64,000 nt of DNA from Gammaproteobacteria bacterium (GCA_013152415.1 JAADGI010000034.1:13364-77363); one strand, 5' to 3'; numbered from the stretch's first letter, positions 46,743 through 55,944 are shown. Numbers and translations: made by a program. Notes: generated from the letters alone by a model not told the origin.

Positions 46743-47939
46743 ATGATAAATATTAAAGAAACAAATAACTTCCGCGTATCATTTCTTCATCTGAGTTTCA
46801 GACCCTTTTTCCTGTTTGGAAGTCTGTTTGCAATCATCTCAATGGCTGTGTGGTTTTGGCTATATCAGTTTGAGCATACGCTGCCTGCCTCACACCAACT
46901 GTTGCCAACAATTTGGCATGCACATGAAATGATTTATGGCTATGGACTGGCGATCATAACCGGATTTCTGCTAACGGCTGCGAAAAACTGGACGGGTGTA
47001 CGCACCCTGAATGGTATGCCGCTATTATTGCTGGCCATCTTCTGGTTAATTGCCCGCATCAGCCCTGCTGTTGATCACGCCGCCGCACCCAACGTAATGA
47101 TGGCCATGGATATCCTGTTCAATATTGGCCTGTGCAGTGCATTCCTGTATCCCATTGTAAAAACAAAACAGTGGAAGCAATTGGGAATCTGGGTACTTAT
47201 TGTCTTGCTATCGGTATTTAATATCCTGTTTTACCTGGGCCTGAACGGTAAATTACAGTTTGGCATGGAGTGGGGAATATCTGGGGGCTTATATACAATT
47301 CTATCGCTTATCTTACTGGTGTCACGAAGAGTGATTCCTTTTTTTATTGAGCGTGGTGTTGATGAAAATTTCAAACCCACAAACAGGGTGTGGCTGGACA
47401 GAAGCACACCGCCCCTGTTAGCCGCCTTCGTATTATTTGAAGTCTTCCTACCCTACCCTGTGATAACAGCCGCTATATCCCTGACGTTATTTTTGTCGCA
47501 GGCTCTACGTCTCGCAGGGTGGTATACCAAGGGGATTTGGCAAAAACCGTTACTGTCGATACTTTTCATTGCTTATGGATGGATCATTATTGGTTTTGGC
47601 CTCAAAACAGCAGGATTATTCATCACGGTCAACCCCATGTTGGCATTGCATGCCTTTGCTTTGGGGGGTATTGGCTTAATGACCCTCGGCATGATGGCCC
47701 GGGTTGCCCTGGGCCACACCGGGCGTAATGTGTTTGAACCACCCAATGTTCTGAAGTGGGTTTTTGCCTTTATGGTATTTGCCAGCTTGCTACGAATCGT
47801 TTTTCCATTAGCCCTGCCACAACTGAACGCTGTTTGGGTAGGCATGTCCCAAATTTCCTGGGTGCTAAGTTTTACTTTATTTGTCTGGGTCTATGCCCCC
47901 ATACTGTACCTACCACGTGTTGATGGACAATATGGTTAA
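46743..47939 (+). CDS. nnrS: NnrS-family haem/copper membrane protein
   Basis: 398 aa, about 12 TM helices. FRPFFLFGSLFAI N-terminus and WHAHEMIYGY motif. Confidence 0.85.
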   Translation: MINIKETNNFRVSFLHLSFRPFFLFGSLFAIISMAVWFWLYQFEHTLPASHQLLPTIWHAHEMIYGYGLAIITGFLLTAAKNWTGVRTLNGMPLLLLAIFWLIARISPAVDHAAAPNVMMAMDILFNIGLCSAFLYPIVKTKQWKQLGIWVLIVLLSVFNILFYLGLNGKLQFGMEWGISGGLYTILSLILLVSRRVIPFFIERGVDENFKPTNRVWLDRSTPPLLAAFVLFEVFLPYPVITAAISLTLFLSQALRLAGWYTKGIWQKPLLSILFIAYGWIIIGFGLKTAGLFITVNPMLALHAFALGGIGLMTLGMMARVALGHTGRNVFEPPNVLKWVFAFMVFASLLRIVFPLALPQLNAVWVGMSQISWVLSFTLFVWVYAPILYLPRVDGQYG

Positions 47940-48009
47940 CACTGATTTGGCTTCCAGCAAAAAAGCAGACCCATTCGCAGCAATTCAATCTCGGCTAAAA
48001 ACCTAATAA

Positions 48010-48086
48010 TTGGCGCGCCCGGAGGGATTCGAACCCCCGGCCCCTGCCGTCGGAGGACAGTGCTCTATCCAGCTGAGCTACGGGCG
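48010..48086 (-). tRNA. tRNA-Arg (anticodon CCG)
   Basis: Reverse complement GCGCCCGTAGCTCAGCTGGATAGAGCACTGTCCTCCGACGGCAGGGGCCGGGGGTTCGAATCCCTCCGGGCGCGCCA. Cloverleaf with anticodon loop CTCCGAC, a T-arm GGTTCGAATCC and encoded CCA. Confidence 0.9.
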
Positions 48087-48218
48087 CAAAATCGTTTAAA
48101 CCGGTCTAGCCTTTCCTCGGCAACCGCTCCCTGCATGCTCTACCGCCTGCATCCCTACAGTCGTGGTGAGGCGTTCGCCGGACAAAAGGCACCGGACCTT
48201 TTGCCCTTTCCGGCCCAC

Positions 48219-48239
48219 CCAGCTGAGCTACGGGCGCAA
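48219..48239 (-). repeat. Duplicated 21-bp fragment of the tRNA-Arg 5' end
   Basis: CCAGCTGAGCTACGGGCGCAA is identical to 48068..48088 (acceptor/D-arm plus two flanking nt). Confidence 0.75.
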
Positions 48240-48429
48240 GGATACCCAATATCATTAGGCCCCGTCCATTTTTGCCCAAAATCCACTACCCCCTGGGGAT
48301 ATTCCACAACGGCCACTTTAGGGTATACTGATACCTCTGATACGTTGACTTGTAATTGCCAATAACTCTTGATAAAACAAGGCGTTGGCGGCAATAATTT
48401 TCTGAACTTAACCTGAGAAGGGTGAACAA

Positions 48430-48909
48430 ATGAGCGATAGTAAATTTTTCAAGGCCTTTGGCGGCATGCTGATGGGTCTCGTTGCACTTACCGTAGTGAT
48501 TTTTCTGGTTGCCAACACAATTGGTGACAATAGCGCCACCAAGCTTTCCCAAGCCGATGGTGAGAAAGCCGTAGCAGAACGTATCCAGCCCATGGGTATC
48601 CTGTCTATTTCCGCAGCTGCGGCTATGGACACCCTGATTCCAGCAGCCAATGCTGCTGCAGACGGTAAGGGCACTTTTGATGCCTCCTGTGCCGCATGTC
48701 ACGGAAGTGGTGTTGCCGGAGCCCCGAAATTGGGTGACAAGGCCGCTTGGAAGGCCCGCATTGCCCAGGGCAATGACACCCTGTATAAGCATGCCATCAA
48801 AGGCTATCAAGGCAAAAAAGGGTTTATGCCTGCCAAGGGTGGTAATGCCAGCCTTGCCGATGCCGATGTAAAAGCCGCAGTGGACTATATGGTGGCCCAA
48901 AGCAAGTAA
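48430..48909 (+). CDS. Membrane-anchored cytochrome c5-family protein
   Basis: N-terminal TM helix, linker, then CAACHG and a distal Met (KGFMPAKGG). Confidence 0.8.
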   Translation: MSDSKFFKAFGGMLMGLVALTVVIFLVANTIGDNSATKLSQADGEKAVAERIQPMGILSISAAAAMDTLIPAANAAADGKGTFDASCAACHGSGVAGAPKLGDKAAWKARIAQGNDTLYKHAIKGYQGKKGFMPAKGGNASLADADVKAAVDYMVAQSK

Positions 48910-48957
48910 GCAGAGGATCATGTAGTTTCGTTTTCATTAAACTACAGGTCGAATAGG

Positions 48958-48988
48958 AAAGGCCAACCCATTGGGTTGGCCTTTTTTA
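48958..48988 (+). terminator. Rho-independent terminator
   Basis: GGCCAACCCA/TGGGTTGGCC stem followed by TTTTTT. Confidence 0.75.
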
Positions 48989-49064
48989 TGCCCATCACGG
49001 AACCCTTACAAGCTAAAGCTGACAAAGTGAGTCACCAAACGGCAACAACGGAGCAACCTTATCT

Positions 49065-50063
49065 GTGTGTCCTGAAGAACAAGACCCACCCTATAATCAT
49101 CTTACACCGGATCGCATCCTGGCAGCGGTAGAGCGGACTGGCCTGGAATGTGACGCCCGTCTGCTGGCCTTAAACAGCTATGAAAATCGTGTCTACCAGG
49201 TCGGTATCGAAGATGCGAAACCGGTCATTGTCAAATTCTACCGGCCCCATCGTTGGGCAGATCAAGCGATTATAGAAGAACACCAGTTTACCCAGGAATT
49301 GGCCGAGCACGAAATTCCCGTCGTCGCCCCCTGGCAGGACTTATCTCAACAAACCCTTCATCACTATGAAGGGTTCCGCTACGCGGTCTTCCCGAGACAA
49401 GGCGGTCACTGGCCAGACCTGGAATCCGCAGACAACCTTAAGCGCTTAGGACGATTCATTGGGCGAATCCATAGGGTTGGAGCAAGCAAGCCGTTCGCCC
49501 ATCGCCCCACTTTGAGCCGGGAAGACTTTGGTAACGCATCCATTCAATTTCTTCTCGACAGCGGATTTATACCGCCCGAACTCCATCATGCCTATGAGTC
49601 CTTAGCCCAGGATTTGATGATACAGATCAACCAGGCCTATGACCGTGCCGGCGACGTCAACACCATCCGCTTACACGGTGACTGTCACCCCGGCAATATC
49701 TTGTGGACTGAAGACGGTGCCCACTTTGTAGACTTTGATGACTGCCGCATGGGCCCCGCCATACAAGATTTGTGGATGCTTCTATCCGGCGAACGCCAGG
49801 ATATGACTCAACAATTAAGCCATGTGCTAGAAGGCTACGAGCAGTTCCACCCATTTGATGCCCGGGAACTTAACCTTATCGAGGCACTGCGGACACTGCG
49901 CATCATCCACTATGCAGCCTGGCTGGCTCGCCGCTGGGATGACCCTGCTTTTCCTAAGGCTTTTCCCTGGTTTAATGCCCAACGTTATTGGGAAGACCAC
50001 ATTCTTTCTCTGCGAGAACAAGCTGCACTACTGAACGAAGCACCTCTGAATTACAATGGGTAA
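49065..50063 (+). CDS. srkA: Stress-response Ser/Thr kinase SrkA (YihE/RdoA family)
   Basis: LALNSYENRVYQV, VVKFYRPHRW, and catalytic HGDCHPGNILW ... FVDFDD. Confidence 0.8.
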   Translation: MCPEEQDPPYNHLTPDRILAAVERTGLECDARLLALNSYENRVYQVGIEDAKPVIVKFYRPHRWADQAIIEEHQFTQELAEHEIPVVAPWQDLSQQTLHHYEGFRYAVFPRQGGHWPDLESADNLKRLGRFIGRIHRVGASKPFAHRPTLSREDFGNASIQFLLDSGFIPPELHHAYESLAQDLMIQINQAYDRAGDVNTIRLHGDCHPGNILWTEDGAHFVDFDDCRMGPAIQDLWMLLSGERQDMTQQLSHVLEGYEQFHPFDARELNLIEALRTLRIIHYAAWLARRWDDPAFPKAFPWFNAQRYWEDHILSLREQAALLNEAPLNYNG

Positions 50064-50207
50064 CAAACACTCCCATTCAATCTTCCACATTCGGTTACAC
50101 ATCATTTATTGATCTACATCAACCAGAATGGATATTAACCCCGATGACGAGAACCCTATGGCGTACACTTCAAACTGAGGTGCGATTACCATAACCCGTA
50201 GCAGATC

Positions 50208-50582
50208 TTGAGACACATGGGACAAAAATCCATGAGGAATCAAATCCTTGACGTACTCGAACTCCCTAGACGGTTAATCCGCTCCGAGTTAGAAATCAAC
50301 CAATGTCCCCATGACATTCAATATTACGCCTCCGACCCAGCTTGCCGGGGTTGCTTTGATGGTCCGGAATGCCAATGGCTCTATGCCACTGATGAGGTGG
50401 CTGCCTTGGATTCCCGTTCTCTGGACGAACTCATGCAGGCATTGGAATTCGCCATCCTTTCCGTCGCTGCCCAATTAGCCCATGCTGGCCATCCTTTGCG
50501 CTGCACCTGTCCTCCCTGTAAGTGGTTGCAACAAGCTGAACAATTACATAAACAGGCCTTAGGGTCGAACTCTGGCGCCTAA
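50208..50582 (+). CDS. Hypothetical Cys-rich protein
   Basis: 124-aa ORF with CPHD..., CRGCFDGPEC and CTCPPC motifs. Family not recognised and the start is uncertain. Confidence 0.4.
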   Translation: MRHMGQKSMRNQILDVLELPRRLIRSELEINQCPHDIQYYASDPACRGCFDGPECQWLYATDEVAALDSRSLDELMQALEFAILSVAAQLAHAGHPLRCTCPPCKWLQQAEQLHKQALGSNSGA

Positions 50583-50651
50583 GCTAGAGGCGCCGCCTGT
50601 TTAAAGTACCCATATATGCACTTCAGACTTATCAGGATTATAGAAGCACCC

Positions 50652-52586
50652 TTAAGGCTGTCGAAACAAAACTTCAAGCTGGCTTGCGGGCATTGGACGT
50701 GCGAGGTAGAACCCTTGTATCTCGTCACAATCCAGCCCCTCCAGGACTGACAACTGTTCCTTATTCTCGACACCTTCAGCTATCACACGAAGATTAAGGC
50801 TTTTTGCCATAGCAATGACTGCAGTGACAATAGCCTTGTCTCCCGACTCACTGTTAATATCGCGAATAAAAGATTGATCTATCTTCAGTATCTGAATCGG
50901 CAGGTGCTTAAGCAACAGCAGTGAAGAGTAGCCGGTACCAAAATCGTCGACTGCTATGGCATAGCCGTTACGGCTAAGCGTCCTCAGATTGCTGCCGGCG
51001 TGATCAAGTTCGAGCAAAGTATCCGTTTCAGTAAGCTCCAACTCAATTAAACTGGGAGGCAATTGATACATTGACACGATCTCGACAAACTTCTCGGCCA
51101 AGTCTTCCTGCTTTAGTTGGTGGGGTGATAGGTTAACGGAGACAGGTGGAACAATATGTCCACCTTGCAGCCACTGTTGAATTTGGATACACACGCCATG
51201 CAATACCCAGAGCCCTAACGGAACGATCAGACCAGTACTCTCCGCTACAGGTATAAACTCTGATGGCGATACAGCTGCACTTGATTCCGTGCCTGGCATA
51301 CGTAGCAGGGCTTCCATACCCGACATCCTTCCTGTTTTCAGGTAAAACTTTGGCTGATAATGTATCTCCAAAGTATTTTGTTGCATGGCGTTACGCAGGC
51401 GGCGCTCAACAATCAGACGCCGAGCACTCCGTTTATTCATATTTTCATCAAAAAAATTACATCGCTTCAGCCCACGTTCTTTAGCATGCGATAATGCAAC
51501 ATGCGCATGTTGTAATAGTTGATCAACATCTTCGCCGTCTTCCGGGTATAGACTGACCCCGGCCCGCACCGGCAGATAAAGCTCTTCACCACGTATATTG
51601 ATGCATTCATCAAAGCTCTTTAGTAGCTGGTCAACAGTCAAAAGCAACACATCCATATTCTTGATACCAAGAAATATGATACCAAATTCATCACCACGCA
51701 GGCGTGACAAGAAAATACTGTTCTTACTGATACCAAGATTGTCACAGGTCTGGGTGCTATAGAGCAGGTTACTTAATTTCTGACCCACTGCCTTCAATAG
51801 ATCATCACCAAAGGCACATCCAAACGAGTCATTGACTCGTTTGAACATCCCCAGGTTCAGGTTGATGATGGCGGCTTTTTGCTGTCTATCCCCGGCAACA
51901 CGAATCACCATGTCCATATTATCAAGGAAAACTTTTTGGTTTGTTAATCCTGTGATTACATCATGGCTATGACCATAAGCAATCTCAACATTTCGGGCCT
52001 CAACAATGTCCTCAAGATTCTGGTTCTGTTCCTTAATTAGCGTATACAACGACGCACTTTCTAATGTGTAGGCACAACAATTTAAGATAATGGTGATTAA
52101 CTTACATGTTGCATCATTCAGGGTATCAGGCCTTGATGGGATTCCAATGAACATTCCACGCACACGGTTACGTGTTGCCAATACATTCAACAGCAACATC
52201 TGCTCACCACTGGCTGACTCAGTTATCGAAACTCTGTTCTGGTTAATCGCCCATGCAAATTTTCCGCTTTCAATTAGATGGTCGATATGCTGCTGTATTT
52301 CAGTGTGTTGTAGTTTTGGTTCACACAAAACCATCTCGAATGTGGCATCTTTTTCACGAACCAGTAGAAAAGCCGTTACATCCAGATCCACTATGCGGCT
52401 AAGAAAATCCAGTGTACGACGCAGTAATGTCAGCGGCTCCCGCTTCTGTGAATTATCGCCATACAGATCACTGACTTCTTGCGCAACATCAAGTGCAAAC
52501 CCATACCATTGATTGGCTTTTTCCAAAAAGGAAATGCGCTCCCACAGGGCATTTTGTGTATTGTCGTCGCTTGGCACGGCTACCAT
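50652..52586 (-). CDS. GAF-GGDEF(degenerate)-EAL c-di-GMP phosphodiesterase-type protein
   Basis: The GGDEF motif reads RGDEF. EAL signatures are intact (EALLR, DDFGTGYSS, KIDQSF, EGVE). Confidence 0.85.
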   Translation of the reverse strand: MVAVPSDDNTQNALWERISFLEKANQWYGFALDVAQEVSDLYGDNSQKREPLTLLRRTLDFLSRIVDLDVTAFLLVREKDATFEMVLCEPKLQHTEIQQHIDHLIESGKFAWAINQNRVSITESASGEQMLLLNVLATRNRVRGMFIGIPSRPDTLNDATCKLITIILNCCAYTLESASLYTLIKEQNQNLEDIVEARNVEIAYGHSHDVITGLTNQKVFLDNMDMVIRVAGDRQQKAAIINLNLGMFKRVNDSFGCAFGDDLLKAVGQKLSNLLYSTQTCDNLGISKNSIFLSRLRGDEFGIIFLGIKNMDVLLLTVDQLLKSFDECINIRGEELYLPVRAGVSLYPEDGEDVDQLLQHAHVALSHAKERGLKRCNFFDENMNKRSARRLIVERRLRNAMQQNTLEIHYQPKFYLKTGRMSGMEALLRMPGTESSAAVSPSEFIPVAESTGLIVPLGLWVLHGVCIQIQQWLQGGHIVPPVSVNLSPHQLKQEDLAEKFVEIVSMYQLPPSLIELELTETDTLLELDHAGSNLRTLSRNGYAIAVDDFGTGYSSLLLLKHLPIQILKIDQSFIRDINSESGDKAIVTAVIAMAKSLNLRVIAEGVENKEQLSVLEGLDCDEIQGFYLARPMPASQLEVLFRQP

Positions 52587-52590
52587 ACTG

Positions 52591-53454
52591 TTAGTCCTCG
52601 GCTAATATATCGTCGACAACTTCATTAAACTGTTTTTCACTGTGTTCAATGATACCCGCTAATGACTGTTCAGAAATATCCAAACGCTCCCAGGCAACTG
52701 AGTTAAGTGGTGGGACATAGTATTCCCCGGTGCCCCCAATGCGCAGACTATGCACAATAATATCAGCCGTATGCACCACTGCCGATTCCAGGGGATAATG
52801 TCGCGACGATTGCGGTCTATGGTGGCAGGCCGTCGGCTCATATATAGATTGGGGGATACGCCACATTTCTAATAGCGCGGAACCCACTGCGGCATGATCA
52901 TAACCAAGGACCGATTGTTCTCTTTCGTGGAACTGCAGTTCAGACTCATCTTCATCAATAAATAACGCACTCATTACGTCTGGCAGCTCCATAACCAGCA
53001 CCAAGCGACCTATATCGTGGAGCAAACCCAAGACATAGTAACGTTCGAAGTTTGATTCACGACGATAGGTGGCAATATTGCGTGCAACAATACCGCAGGC
53101 AACACTATGTTCCCAAAAAGAACGCATATTTATTGTACCGATCGGGATTTCCCTGAACAGACGGGTCACGGTGGTGGCCAGCACCAGATCACGCAATTGC
53201 TCGGTACCAATAATTGTGACCGCTCGCCCGATACTGTCAACCTCACCCGGAAAATTAAACAGGGCACTATTTGCAATACGCAGTAATCGAGCGGCAAGAC
53301 CCACGTCGGAGGCAATAATAGTCCCGATGTCTTCAAAGGAGGTATGGGGGTGATTTACAGCTTCTACCAAACGAGCGTAGATATCGGGCAAGGTGAATAA
53401 AGTGTTGATTCGGCACACCAGTACATCAAGACCTGGAATATCAGTATTACCCAT
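52591..53454 (-). CDS. HDOD-domain signalling protein
   Basis: 287 aa with an HDOD-like helical domain (LLHDIGRLVL, HAAVGSALL). Confidence 0.75.
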   Translation of the reverse strand: MGNTDIPGLDVLVCRINTLFTLPDIYARLVEAVNHPHTSFEDIGTIIASDVGLAARLLRIANSALFNFPGEVDSIGRAVTIIGTEQLRDLVLATTVTRLFREIPIGTINMRSFWEHSVACGIVARNIATYRRESNFERYYVLGLLHDIGRLVLVMELPDVMSALFIDEDESELQFHEREQSVLGYDHAAVGSALLEMWRIPQSIYEPTACHHRPQSSRHYPLESAVVHTADIIVHSLRIGGTGEYYVPPLNSVAWERLDISEQSLAGIIEHSEKQFNEVVDDILAED

Positions 53455-53782
53455 TTTTTCTTTCCTTCGCCATCCGCTCTATGCACATTTCAAATAATGT
53501 GCTGACCGCTGGGTGACTTAGGTCCATACGCTTAAAACGCCTACCGACCTCCTCTTCCAGTATGCTGCGTAAAGCAGGGTCAATTGAGCCAGTGGCCGGG
53601 TCCTGTCGGTCTATATCTTCCCCAGCAATCTCAATTGTCGGGATACCCCAGGAACGCAGAGTAAGCAAATGTTTATTAGTCAGGTTGGTACCTGTGGCCA
53701 ACAGGCGTCGACCACTACGATCACAGACATCACTGGCGATAATCATACCGACCACCAGATTATCTAATGTTACCTGTGCCAT
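53447..53782 (-). CDS. Small protein resembling the N-terminal domain of HD-GYP proteins (DUF3391-like)
   Basis: LDNLVVGMIIASDVCDRSGRRLLATGTNLTNKHLLTLRSWGI. 8-nt overlap with the HDOD gene. Confidence 0.45.
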   Translation of the reverse strand: MAQVTLDNLVVGMIIASDVCDRSGRRLLATGTNLTNKHLLTLRSWGIPTIEIAGEDIDRQDPATGSIDPALRSILEEEVGRRFKRMDLSHPAVSTLFEMCIERMAKERKNG

Positions 53783-54556
53783 AGTGCGATTTCCATGCTT
53801 AAAGTAAGCAAATAAAGCATCCCATTTCGACCGCCACGCGAAAATTTATTTTTTTGTGTATACCGCACAGCCTGACGATGATGCCGACAGCTGCCGAATC
53901 GTGTCTGGGATAAATGTAATTGTGATCTTGTTATTGTGTTAGCAAATCTTTTAATTTGATTCAGGTACTCTGGTTTATCGCCACAATTGTGCACTAACTT
54001 TAGCAGATTGTGTGGCAAATAGGTCCTGACAGGCAAACATCTGGCCACCAAACGCTTGCCCTCTGGTATTTTATGTGGAAAGGATCAGTTAATCCCCAAG
54101 GCATGTGCTGGAATGGATCAGGCGACCCCTGTACCACCATCAATTGCTGGACACTAAAAAGGGAAAAAGAAGAAAATAGGCCTAACTGTGGTCTATAGGC
54201 CTCGGAGTGTGGGTCTCCCGGGCTATCGCCCCACCGATTAGTGCGTACCTTTGGGGGACCTGGCTACCGATATAGCCCGCTGCATTAATAACGGATAATA
54301 TCCTTCCCAACCAGATCGGAATTGAAACGACCACCGCGTAATAATTGCCGCCCTTGGGAATCACCGAGATAGCCCAAGGACACCCCTGCATTGCCTTTTT
54401 GCCACCTGTGCAAACTCAAGGAGTTTAGATTAAAGACTTCTGATTAATTCATTTTTCGTCATTCTGGCGTACACCAAAATCCAGTAGTTTCAATAACCTG
54501 GACACCGGCCAGCGCCGGCATGACACATTGATCTTATGAGTTCCCTTAATATGCAA

Positions 54557-54991
54557 TTACAGACTATCGGGCAAATGCTTGCGAATCTCCCGCGCATCAT
54601 ACTGCCCAAGGTTTTTCTCAACCTCGGAAATTTTCATGCCGGACAAGGTTTTCAGCTTCTCTCTCAGTAAGCCCAGCAGAGGCGGACCGGCTACCAGCAG
54701 CAACCGGTCACAGCGTCCTTCGTTATGCGCAGCCTGCACATGGTCAGCAACCTGTTTGGCAAAGCGGATGGTCTCCTGCTTACCGGGTTCGACTGTTGAA
54801 CCCATGGCATGGCGCCCCTGGCCCTTGCTGTCAAAACTGCGCCCCGGCCGATCGGAGGTCAGTGTCTGCTCGCGATCACGCGCCTCCGGATGTTCCAGCT
54901 CCCCCAAACCCAGCAATGCGCCACGGGGATCGGCAACGGTGAAAATACGTGCCTTGCTCTGGTCTGCGACTACTACCCATAGTCTGGACAC
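54557..54991 (-). CDS. Host-attachment-protein-family protein
   Basis: MSRLWVVVADQSKARIF N-terminus and LLLVAGPPLLG core, typical of this family. Confidence 0.65.
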   Translation of the reverse strand: MSRLWVVVADQSKARIFTVADPRGALLGLGELEHPEARDREQTLTSDRPGRSFDSKGQGRHAMGSTVEPGKQETIRFAKQVADHVQAAHNEGRCDRLLLVAGPPLLGLLREKLKTLSGMKISEVEKNLGQYDAREIRKHLPDSL

Positions 54992-55073
54992 AACACCTCC
55001 TGATGTAGTCTATTATAAATATAGTCAACGATTACCTGTTTGACCAACATCATTCCAGGTTAAGGAAATTTCG

Positions 55074-55331
55074 ATGCCCAGTGTTCAACGCCTCGTTCTC
55101 GATGTACTCAAACCGCACCAGCCCAATGCCCTGGAATTTGCCCGTGCCATTGCTGCGTTAGGGGAGAGCTACCGGGTCGATATCCAGGTGATAGAGGTGG
55201 ATGAGCAGACCGAGACGCTGCGGGTGGCAATCGAGGGTGACGGGCTTGATTTTGAACGCATTAGCGACTCCATCAGTGAAATCGGAGCCTCCCTTCACAG
55301 CATCGACGAGGTTTCTGTCGTCGGCAAGTGA
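55074..55331 (+). CDS. DUF211-family protein
   Basis: 85 aa. RLVLDVLKPHQPN start, characteristic of DUF211. Confidence 0.6.
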   Translation: MPSVQRLVLDVLKPHQPNALEFARAIAALGESYRVDIQVIEVDEQTETLRVAIEGDGLDFERISDSISEIGASLHSIDEVSVVGK

Positions 55332-55338
55332 TGCTCCT

Positions 55339-55944
55339 ATGGTTTGCAGAAACCCATCGGCGGCGGCAATAAAGTTGAAACAGATCAAAATACTGTTGGA
55401 GATCTCCCACTCCGGCGAAATCATGCGTCGCTACTTTGTCGTCAACGGCTTCGATGGCGCCTTGACTATGCTCGGATTGATTATGGGCTTCTACGTCAGT
55501 AATCGTGTCGACCTTGCGGTAGTGATCACTACCTGCCTCGCTACGGCGCTGGCTCTCGGCATGAGCGGGATATCCAGCGCTTACATCAGTGAAGCAGCGG
55601 AGCGACGCCGCACCCTGGCGCAACTCGAAAAGGCGATGGTGACCTCGCTCGATGAGAGCCACCACGCGCGGGCGGTGATATGGATCCCCTGGCTGGTTGC
55701 CCTGGTCAACGGCATTGCCCCGCTGCTTATTGCCCTGATCATCATCGCACCGCTGTGGCTCGCACGTAGTGGTATGGTACTGGCGCCCGGTCCTCTACCG
55801 ACGGCGATGGCTGTGGCGCTGCTGATCATCTTCCTCCTGGGTGTCTTTCTCGGTCGCGTCGGCGGTACCTTTTGGCTCTGGAGCGGCCTGCAGAGTCTGG
55901 CGGTAGCATTAGTGACGGTGGGGTTGATCTATCTCCTTGCCTGA
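55339..55944 (+). CDS. VIT1/CCC1-like (DUF125) membrane protein
   Basis: RRYFVVNGFDGALTMLGLIMG core. The start is either 55339 or 55423. Confidence 0.65.
   Translation: MVCRNPSAAAIKLKQIKILLEISHSGEIMRRYFVVNGFDGALTMLGLIMGFYVSNRVDLAVVITTCLATALALGMSGISSAYISEAAERRRTLAQLEKAMVTSLDESHHARAVIWIPWLVALVNGIAPLLIALIIIAPLWLARSGMVLAPGPLPTAMAVALLIIFLLGVFLGRVGGTFWLWSGLQSLAVALVTVGLIYLLA

Noticed and set aside
54181-54400. Possible cobalamin or c-di-GMP riboswitch on the minus strand (AGCCCGGGAGACC resembles a B12 box; CACAGGTGGCAAA resembles the GEMM start).
   Set aside because: Only isolated short matches are present. The other conserved blocks are absent or out of order: GGTG..AA.TCC and GC.ACTGT for cobalamin, GACGCAAAGCC for GEMM. 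Kept only as an unclassified structured region.
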